Assembly (NCBI GenBank): GCA_002269645.1
Contig: NIVC01002861.1
Coordinates: 1 to 21,369, forward strand
Origin: Macrostomum lignano
Lineage: Eukaryota
DNA length: 21,369 bases
Direction: 5' to 3'
Below the pieces are notes generated by a model. The model ran no database searches. It saw only the letters and a list, made by a program, of their open reading frames with translations, and was not told the DNA's origin. This document shows, in pieces, positions 1-8,701 of this stretch; position 1 is the stretch's first letter, and each line of letters starts with the position of its first letter. Position numbers and translations under genes: made by a program.

Positions 1-100
1 TGACTGAGAAATTGATTAGTCATAACTTTTTACCCAATTGACTTGCTGTAAGAATTGAATTATAAGGGCCACAATTCATAGTTCTCCAATTGAAAAGAGA

Positions 101-177
101 TAGCCCTGATGCGAACAGACTGGAATGCTAATGTATCGAACCTGGGTTCGAATCATAGTAGTCAAAAAGATTTTTTT
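101..177 (+). other. Possible degenerate tRNA-derived (SINE-like) relic
   Basis: B-box-like GGTTCGAATC at 145-154, a weak A-box-like TAGCCCTGATG at 101 (44 bp upstream) and a T7 run at 171-177. I could not build a convincing cloverleaf. Confidence 0.2.
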
Positions 178-204
178 ATTAAACACCTTAAAAACAACAA
201 AACT

Positions 205-2365
205 GCTAAACATCAAAAAGCGCAATGTCAAACATAGAAAGCCAACATATCGAACATAAAAGAGTTACCATGTCAAACATAAAAAGACTACATGTCGAAC
301 ATTAAAGAGCTACATGTCGAACATTAAAGAGCCACCATGTCAAACATAAAAGAGCCACCATGTCAAACATAAAACAGCCACCATTTCGAACATTAAAGAG
401 AGCCACCATTTCGAACATTAAAGAGCCACCCATATTTAACATTAAAGAGCCACTATGTCAAACAATTAAGAGCCACCATGTCAAACATAAAAGACCAACA
501 TGTCAGACATTCAAAAGCCACCGTATCAAACATAAAAGAGTTACCATGTAGAACAAAAAAGATCCACCATGTCGAACATAAAAGAGCCACCATGTCAAAC
601 ATAAAGAGCCACCATGTCAAACATTTAGAAGCCACCATGTCAAACATATATGTGACTTTATGTCAAATATTAAAGAGCCACCATGTGAAACATTAAAGAG
701 CCACCATGTCAAACATTTAAGAGTCACCATGTCAAACCTAAAAGAGCCACCATGTCGAACATAAAGAGCCACAATGTCAAACATTAAAGAGCCACCATTT
801 CAAACCTAAAGGAGCCACCATGTCGAACATTAAAGAGCCACCATGTCGAACATAAAAGAGCCACCATATCAAACATAAAAGAGTTACCATGTCAAACATT
901 AAAGAGCCACCATGTCAAACATAAAGCAGCCACCATTTCGAAATTAAGGAGCCACCATTTCGAAAATTAAGGAGCCACCATGTCGAACATTAAAGAGCCA
1001 CCATGTCAAACATTTAGGAGCCACCATGTCAAACATATATGTGACTTTATGTCAAATATTAAAGAGCCACCATGTGAAACATTAAAGAGCCACCATGTCA
1101 AACATTTAAGAGTCACCATGTCAAACCTAAAAAGAGCCACCATGTCGAACATAAAAGAGCCACAATGTCAAACATTAAAGAGCCACCATTTCAAACCTAA
1201 AGAGCCACCATGTCGAACATTAAAGAGCCACCATGTCGAACATAAAAGAGCCACCATATCAAAACATAAAAGATTACCATGTCAAACATTAAAGAGCCAC
1301 CATGTCAAACATAAAGCAGCCACCATTTCGAAATTAAGGAGCCACCATTTCGAAAATTAAGGAGCCACCATGTCGAACATTAAAGAGCCACCATGTCAAA
1401 CATTTAGGAGCCACCATGTCAAACATATATGTGACTTTATGTCAAATATTAAAGAGCCACCATGTGAAACATTAAAGAGCCACCATGTCAAACATTTAAG
1501 AGTCACCATGTCAAACCTAAAAGAGCCACCATGTCGAACATAAAAGAGCCACAATGTCAAACATTAAAGAGCCACCATTTCAAACCTAAAGGAGCCACCA
1601 TGTCGAACATTAAAGAGCCACCATGTCGAACATAAAAGAGCCACCATATCAAACATAAAAGAGTTACCATGTCAAACATTAAAGAGCCACCATGTCAAAC
1701 ATAAAGCAGCCACCATTTCGAAAATTAAGGAGCCACCATTTCGAAAATTAAGAAGCCACCATGTCGAACATTAAAGAGCCACCTTGTCAAATATTAAAGA
1801 GCCACAATGTCAAACATTAAAGAGCCACCATTTCAAACCTAAATGAGCCACCATGTCGAACATTAAAGAGCCACCATGTCGAACATAAAAGAGCCACCAT
1901 GTCGAACATAAAACAGACACCATTAAGAACATTAAAGAGCCACCATGTCGAACATTAAAGAGCCACCATGTCAAACATTAAAGAGCCACCATGTCAAACA
2001 TAAAAGAGCCACCATTTCGAAAATTAAGGAGCCACCATTTCGAACATAAAAGAGCAGCCATGTAGAACATAAAAGAGCCACCATGTCGAACATAAAAGAG
2101 CCACCATGTCAAACATAAAAAAGCCAGCATGTCAAACATAAAAGAGCCAACATGAAGAACATTAAAGAGCCACCATGTCGACCATTAAAAGAGCCACCAT
2201 GTCGAACATACAAGAGCCACCATGTCAAACATAAAAAAGCCACCATGTCGAACAATAAAGAGCCACCATGTCAAACATAAAAGAGCCACCATGTCAAACA
2301 TTCAAGATATACAATTTCAAATGTAAAGGTATAAAGCGCCATGCCAATTTAAAGGAGCCACTATA
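205..2365. repeat. Minisatellite, 23-bp unit (GAGCCACCATGTCAAACATTAAA-like), about 90 copies, with a ~390-bp higher-order repeat
   Basis: The unit is directly visible. The diagnostic variant TGTGACTTT recurs at 651, 1040 and 1430 (spacing 389 and 390, about 17 units). Edges are degenerate, so the ends are approximate. Confidence 0.97.
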
Positions 2366-2401
2366 AAGCTAAGGAAATTGTCGCTCTAGCTACTTTTTGT
2401 C

Positions 2402-3030
2402 TGGTGGATGGTTGCTATTTGGGGGATGCTTGCCTTCTGGGGGATGCTTGCTATCTGGGCGATGCTTGCAATTTGGGGGATGCTTGCTATCTGAGGGATG
2501 CTTGCTATCTGGTGGATGCTTGCTATCTGAGGGATGCTTGCTATCTGAGTGATGCTTGCTATCTGGGGGATGCTTGCTATTTGGAGGATGCTTGCTTTCT
2601 GGGGGATGCTTGCTATCTGGGCGATGCTTGCAATTTGGGGATGCTTGCTATCTGAGGGATGCTTGCTATCTGGTGGATGCTTGCTATCTGAGGGATGCTT
2701 GCTATCTGAGTGATGCTTGCTATCTGGGGGATGCTTGCTATCTGAGGGATGCTTGCTATCTGAGGGATGCTTGCTATTTGGGGTATGCTTGCTATCTGAG
2801 GGATGCTTGCTATCTGGGGAATGCTTGCTATCTGGGGAATGTTTGCTATCTGGGGAATGCTTGCTATCTGGGGATGCTTGCTATCTGGGGGATGTTTGCT
2901 ATCTGGGGGATGCTTGCTATCTGGGGGATGCTTGCTATCTGGGGGATGCTTGCTATCTGGGGGATGCTTGCTATTTGAGGGATGCTTGCTATCTGGGAAT
3001 GCTTGCTATCTGGGGGATGCTTGTGGTCTT
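2402..3030. repeat. Minisatellite, 18-bp unit GGGGATGCTTGCTATCTG, about 35 copies
   Basis: The unit is directly visible. The variant GGGCGATGCTTGCAAT recurs at 2457 and 2619 (162 bp = 9 units). Confidence 0.97.
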
Positions 3031-3530
3031 GGGAAGATTTCTTATTGCAATTCACTTCATTTGAGCAGTTTGTCTGTTGTCTTTGTGAAGGATTTTCTGG
3101 CTGTCTTTTTGTTACTTGTAGAGAACAGAGATTCTATCCAGATGTCCCCCATCGGGGGGCGAAGATTGCTAGTTATATGCTAAATTTTGCCATAAATGTA
3201 TACGAAATGTGTTACGCAACATGTAGCGATTAGAGTGGTTCATTGCATGGCTATAGTGACCCTTGGCCCTAATTCATCTATCTTTCGTCTTGGATTCACT
3301 TACCATGTATATGTACTGTACAACAGAAGTGTTATTCACTTCTACGGTAGATAGATAGTTCGCTAAAGAGTGTATTCAATGATTTGACTGTATAATTTGG
3401 TCTGTGGGGGGCAACCACTAACTCACTAGCTTATTCACTGTGTAACGAAATGAGACAATACTAGCAATCAGCGCCACCCGTTGGAGAGCCAACAAAGAAT
3501 GGAGTACATATAGCTTCTCCTTGCAATAAC

Positions 3531-3644
3531 CTCAGCAACCCCCGTGAGCCTTGAAATCTCAACAATCCCCGTGAGCCTTTAAATCTCAGCAATGCCCCCT
3601 AAACCTAACCCTAACCCTAAACCAAACATAGCCATAACCCTAAA
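3531..3644. repeat. 2.3 copies of a 27-bp unit followed by a short telomere-like (CCCTAA)n patch
   Basis: CTCA(G/A)CAA(C/T)CCCCGTGAGCCTT(G/T)AAAT at 3531-3557 and 3558-3584, with a partial copy to 3593. CCCTAAACCTAACCCTAACCCTAAA at 3597-3621 and TAACCCTAAA at 3635-3644. Confidence 0.7.
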
Positions 3645-4438
3645 GCACTGACATCTTAGCAATTCTTCCCCCGTAAACCTTGACATTTTAGTAGTTATCC
3701 CTAAGTCACAGCATTATAGCGATTTCTTTCAAGCCTTGTCCCAAATGAATCTTCTATGTTTGACATGACGTTTCTTCTTGGTCTACACAAACTGTACAAA
3801 TGCACAAAAACGCGCGCGCAACGAAAGTCAAGTCGCTTGAAACCCAAAATGTGCGTCTGAGCCCGGAGAAAGCTGTACATGTACGAGTCTGGCACACAGA
3901 GTTTCAGGAGCGGCAGTTGTGCTGCAAATCCCGAAATTGTAGTTCGCTTCGTCAGGATTTAATTTAGTACGAGTATTAGACAAGAACAATAGCAGCCTTC
4001 TTGTATTCAATGCACCGCCATGTCCAAAAATTAGTTAGGAATAAATTGTAGGTAGTTAGCTGATAGCAAGTATTGCTGAATTAAAAGCAATGACAAGTGA
4101 CAAACAATTGTTTGCAGATGCAGCATCCATAGGTCTTGGGTGCCTGGAAAGCTATAAAGAATATATAATTGCTGTCATAAGATTTTTGGGTATTGATATA
4201 CACTGGTTAGTTTGACGAACACGATGTTTAACTCAAAGATAGAGATTTCTTTATCGGACGTAGAATATTCAAAGCGATCAAACAAAACTGTTGGTTTAAC
4301 AGCTCCAGTTAATAATTTTGGCAATTACGAGCGCATTTGGAATTTAAAAGATCGGGGTGTTCTCAGGTTGTTTTTTCCATCAAATTCAAATTCAAAGTGA
4401 CTCAAAGCGAAAGTTTAAATCAAATTTCCGATCCGAGT

Positions 4439-5368
4439 TCAGTCGACTGTGACGAGCATGTAGTCAGCTGGCCTCACAAAGTTGTCCCACAGGCCGACCT
4501 GTGGGTTGTACAGAATTTTCGGCAGATCCGCGCTGCTCCCACCAGTCTGAGCCCACGCACAAAGATCGTACCTCTCCGCAACAGCCAAGACGCCAACATC
4601 TGCTCCGCAGCCGCCGTAATTCGTGTTGATGAAGAATGTCCGCTTGAGTCCGTCCAGGCTAGCATGAATATGACCATCCATAGAAAAGTAGTTGTAGGTC
4701 CTGGACGCCAGACCCAAGTCCGGCTCGCTGCCGACAAGCCTGTCCTTGCTGAACCAATTCGTTGCATTCAGTCCCGAGAACCTGGCGTCAAACGAGATCT
4801 TCAGCACCGTGACACCGTCCTTGAGCAGCTCGACCGAGATCGTCTTGCCGGACACGAGTCTCACAAGATCCGGAAGTCGGTCGAGCCAACAAGAGCGCCA
4901 AAAGTTCATCGGAGGCGGTCCGACGAGCGGTGACAGCAGGAGAGACCAGTTGCAGTCGATGGGCGTCAGGTACGAGTCCAGTACGTTGACTTGGCTAGCA
5001 GACTTGACCGCGAACAGCACGAGTCTGAGCTGGCTTTGAGACGTCAGTAGCTCAGTGGTGCGCGGCTCCGACTCGTTCAGCAGCAGCTGGTCGCACCAGG
5101 CGGAGATCTCGCAGCCTTCAGCTTCAGCTAATGGGGTGTAGTGGATGAAGCCGGGGTCAGCGCCCTCCCGCTTCAGCCTCATCCACTGCATCAGACAGTC
5201 GGCCTGATACTTTGTCTGAGTCTTCACCAGTCTATGGCAACTCGTGGGAACACCGGGTAGCGACATCTGCCTAAAGAACTCCGACTGCCTGTCGGACTCG
5301 AAAGTGCTGGATTCTACCGACGCAAATATGGCAGTTAATAGCAGGTAAGACAGAAGGTTTAGCTTCAT
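4439..5368 (-). CDS. Intronless secreted protein, 309 aa, Cys-containing; family not identified
   Basis: ATG-to-stop ORF, GC-rich relative to its AT-rich flanks. The N-terminus MKLNLLSYLLLTAIFASVES is a classic signal peptide (K, hydrophobic core, small residues). It has 8 Cys, N-glycosylation sequons NES/NWS/NAT and a non-repetitive globular composition. Confidence 0.85.
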   Translation of the reverse strand: MKLNLLSYLLLTAIFASVESSTFESDRQSEFFRQMSLPGVPTSCHRLVKTQTKYQADCLMQWMRLKREGADPGFIHYTPLAEAEGCEISAWCDQLLLNESEPRTTELLTSQSQLRLVLFAVKSASQVNVLDSYLTPIDCNWSLLLSPLVGPPPMNFWRSCWLDRLPDLVRLVSGKTISVELLKDGVTVLKISFDARFSGLNATNWFSKDRLVGSEPDLGLASRTYNYFSMDGHIHASLDGLKRTFFINTNYGGCGADVGVLAVAERYDLCAWAQTGGSSADLPKILYNPQVGLWDNFVRPADYMLVTVD

Positions 5369-6225
5369 TGTAAGATTGCGGCAGAATCGAGTCGAATACT
5401 TCGGAATTCAACAAGATTTTACAAAATACGTCAGTCTAATTCTACTGCCACACTATGGCAATTGCTGTTGGTCAGGTTGCCATTTTTATGCATTCGATTC
5501 TTATAGTAAATGTCAAAGGTAAAAGGCAAGTACGAGCTATTTAAAAAGCCATTTTTTCATGCCAATCTTTTCTAGAATGGCAATGGCTTTTATTGCTATT
5601 GCAGCTTCTCAACAGTCACTCCAGCTGGAACAGGAAGCTTTGAGAAAATCGGTGTTTGAATGGCATTAACATGTTTTAGCCTAAGACGGATTGCCCCATC
5701 ATGGTAAAGAAGACATTTCTGCTGCATGTCAATCAAGGACCACTGTATTAGGACTCTGCACTCACGAATCACAGAAAAAATTGAAGGCTGATTTTTCAGC
5801 CTTCAAAACTTTTTGAACCCCCATTAAAGTATTTTAAGCGGACATTTGGTTTACAAATAACTTGTTATTTGCATCAAAAGAGTTTGTTCCTGCCGGAAAG
5901 CTCGTTGAGACCCATGATTATTTGAGACCCGTGACACATATGCGTAAGAGGCTTCCCTCTTAACAATATCCCACCGCTGAGCCACCAAATTTGTAATAGG
6001 GGGCTTGCCTCCGTCTCTTAATGTTAATCACACTGGTGCCACCAAGCTGTGCTAGGGCCTTACTTCTCTCTTTTGAACTCTAAAAGCTGCCACCAAAGGT
6101 TTGTCGTATGGGTGATCTAAATCCCACTGTAAACCACTAAGTTGTCCTAGGGTTACTTCTGTCTTAGTGTAAGTCTTGGGTAGCGTTCTGATAGCGTTCT
6201 GGTAGCGTTCTTAGTATACTTTTAG

Positions 6226-6368
6226 TATAGCATTTTGCAGCCCATTTGGGCCTACGTGCATTAAATTTAATCCAAGATAGGTTTGCCACCGTAACGGAGC
6301 TTTTGTCTATGGTAGCAAGGCTGGCACAGAGGCATTTAATTTGGTCCAACAAGCATCAACTTGGTCCA
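6226..6368 (+). repeat. Left terminal inverted repeat
   Basis: TATAGCATTTTGCAGCCCATTTGGGCC...AAGCATCAACTTGGTCCA matches the reverse complement of 6871-7013. Confidence 0.9.
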
Positions 6369-6430
6369 TAGCTTCATTTGCAACTGCTGCGGAGGAGCAA
6401 GATCAGCCCCAGTATTGTGGACCATTTGCT

Positions 6431-6873
6431 AGGCTGTCGAACCATTGGCTTGTGATCAAAGCTCTCGACAGAGGTGAACACCCAAAGGACATTGCAAGAT
6501 TGCTGAATGTAAAGGAAAAGATTGTTTACAGCATCCAGCATCCAGCATTACAGCGCGTTGAAACCACTGCCGGCAGAGATTGTCTGCGAAAGGGTGGCAA
6601 TTGCGGGATCGCCAAGGCTCGAAACTTCGACGAAAGCCTCCAGTCCAACTGCTACTCGATGCAGTTAAGACGAACCCTTTGTTGACGATGCAGAAAAGCA
6701 GCAGAGTTGGTCAAGGAACAGCTCCAGTTGGTTATCAGATTTCGGCTATCGGCAGAGCTCTGGGAAAGCGACTGAAAATTGCTGGTAGATCCGCTGACAT
6801 TCCAGCGGTGCGCAACAACCCACAGACGGTTGCGAGGGGGCAGGAGTTTTCCAAATGGCTCACGAGCGTTTAG
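6431..6873 (+). pseudogene. Frameshifted N-terminal transposase remnant (HTH DNA-binding region); DDE/D catalytic domain absent
   Basis: WLVIKALDRGEHPKDIARLLNVKEKIVYSI is HTH-like and followed by KGGN. Another frame then gives QLLLDAVKTNPLLTM and SAIGRALG...IPAVRNNPQTVARGQEFSKWLTS, resembling the second HTH and linker of IS630/Tc1 transposases. The remnant ends at the inner edge of the right TIR. Confidence 0.65.
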
Positions 6874-7013
6874 ACCAAATTGATGCTTGTTGGACTAAAT
6901 TAAATGCAGCTGTGCCAGCCTTTCTACCATAGACAAAGGCTCCATTACATTAGTAAACCTATCTTGGATTAAATTCAATGCGCATAGGCCCAAATGGGCT
7001 GCAAAAAGCTATA
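6871..7013 (-). repeat. Right terminal inverted repeat
   Basis: Its reverse complement aligns to 6226-6368 at ~89% identity. Confidence 0.9.
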
Positions 7014-7325
7014 GTGTTTTCGGCATAGATCTGGTAGCGTCTCTGTATAAGTCTAGTAGCGTCTATGTACTTCTGGCCTGAGTGGGCTTACTGCAGCTGG
7101 TATATGTACTATTTTCCAGTCTGGGCTTTACCGAGATAGAGGGTCACGGCGTTTGCTTTTAGCATGTACTTCTAATGCATGTACTCCCTTTGCATATACT
7201 CCTGATTTCTTTAGGGAGTTTCTCCGAATACTTCTTAGCACTTATTACTGCAAAATGATTGATACTTTATGAATCTGAGAACGATTCTTAGTGAACGCAT
7301 TTTTAAGCTTATAGCTAGCGAAAGA

Positions 7326-7550
7326 TGTAGCGAGCAACTCTAGCTGGTTGTTGCGAGTGTTAGTTAGCCACTCAAAAAGGTGAAGAAATAGAATGTGCCT
7401 GTGCCTGTATTTTTATTGTCTGGTAGAACACGGAGTTCCGGTTCACTGAGTGCGCGTTGGGATGTGTTCGAGCAGAGGGAAGTGGATAGGCTGGGTGGGG
7501 GTCACGGAGTGCAAACTAGGTACCCGAACTGCCTGCCTGCGCATGCTACA
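7326..7550 (-). repeat. 3' LTR (225 bp)
   Basis: Five substitutions relative to 11557-11781 (97.8% identity). AATAAA on the - strand at 7412-7417. Confidence 0.97.
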
Positions 7551-7560
7551 TCCCTCGTCT
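7551..7560 (-). promoter_or_regulatory. Polypurine tract (PPT)
   Basis: AGACGAGGGA (9 of 10 purines) immediately 5' of the 3' LTR on the element strand. Confidence 0.7.
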
Positions 7561-7741
7561 GGTGGATTGGAACCCGGGGTGGGGTTGGGTACAACGTTGG
7601 GTCATGTTACGCGCGATCGAGCAATCAGTATCAGTCATTAGAGTCAATGATCAGTCCTTGCTGCTGTTCCGCCAGCTGTCAGATGTCCAGAGCCTTTCGC
7701 CGGTCGCCCTCTTCGTAGCGTTTCGGCGTCTCCTTGGCCTG

Positions 7742-8701
7742 TCAGAGGTGCGGCCTGTTGGCGAGAGGGACGTCCTGGTTGCCGGTTGGCTCGGGCGGGC
7801 CGGTTGGTTCATCCGGCCGGCTGTCCTGTCCGCTGTCGCATTCTCCGGGGTCACCCGGCCACTCGTCGGCTGCCTGGGAGACTCGCTTGACGTGGCTGGC
7901 GTGCCTGGAGCACCTCTGGCCGGCCCGTTGGAGCTGCAGGGTGTTGCCGCGGACTTCTGTCACGGTCCATGGCGAGGCCTCGAAGAAGGGGTCGGTCTTG
8001 CTGCGGTTGGTGAGCCGGCGGAGTACGAGGTCGCCTACGGTGATCTGGTGGTCGGTGGCGCCCCTCTTGCTGTCGGCGAAGGCCTTCATCCGCTCCTTCG
8101 CCCTGGAGTCGTGGCCGCGGACGGTCTGTCGCCTGGCGTCAACCGGCCGGGAGTGGCGCAAGCTGGGGATCGTGTCGTTGAGCTGTCGGCCGAATAGCAG
8201 GTCGGCTGGGGCCATGCCGGTTGCTGCGTGCGGTGTTCGCCGGTATGCAGCCAGGTAGTCGTCCAGTGCCGCCTGCCAGTTGCTGCCTTCCAGAATCGCC
8301 GCTCTGATTGCCTTATTGAGGCCTCGGTTGCATCGCTCTACGAGTCCGTTCGCTTGGGGATGCAGCGGCGTAGTCCGATGGTGGTGGACGCCCTGGCTGC
8401 GCAGGAAGGCGTTGAATTCTGCGGACGAGAATGGCGGGCCGTCGTCGGTGGTGATCTTGACTGGCTGGCCGAACGTGCTGAACCACTGGCGGAGGGTTCG
8501 GATGACCGGAGCTGCCGCTGTCGACCCCGACATCGTCTGTACCAGTGGGAAACGTGAAAAATAGTCGGTGCACACCAGCAGCATGTGGCCTCTGATCTGT
8601 CCCAGGAAGTCCAGGCCCAGCTCTAGCCACGGCCCCTGCGGCAGCTCAGTCGGCTGAAGTGGGGCTGCCTTCAATTCGGCTGTGTTCGTGCAGGCCTTGC
8701 A
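7742..8701 (-). pseudogene. pol: Integrase (C-terminal part of pol), out of frame with upstream pol
   Basis: CKAC completes the HHCC zinc finger. Core motifs are DFLG...DYFSRF, TDDGPPF and PQANGLVERCNR (D,D35E), followed by a C-terminal GDLVL...PW GPY/F-like module. The stop TGA is at 7742-7744. Confidence 0.93.

Larger units (their letters stand above)
6226..7013 (+). mobile_element. Internally deleted Tc1/mariner-IS630-like DNA transposon, about 790 bp, with long TIRs
   Basis: 143-bp inverted repeats (6226-6368 and 6871-7013; 16 mismatches, ~89% identity, no indels) ending in TA on both sides and enclosing transposase-like fragments. Confidence 0.85.

Noticed and set aside
205-3030. ORFs in the 23-bp and 18-bp arrays (MSNIKEPP..., LGDACY..., MLAIWG...)
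   Set aside because: They are translations of tandem repeats with frame-breaking indels and no splice or start context.
4337-5039. + strand ORFs of 198 and 97 aa and the nested 97-aa - strand ORF
   Set aside because: They overlap the signal-peptide ORF and lack recognisable features; they are best explained as shadows.
7551-7741. env-like or extra ORF after integrase
   Set aside because: Only about 190 bp separate the integrase stop from the 3' LTR.
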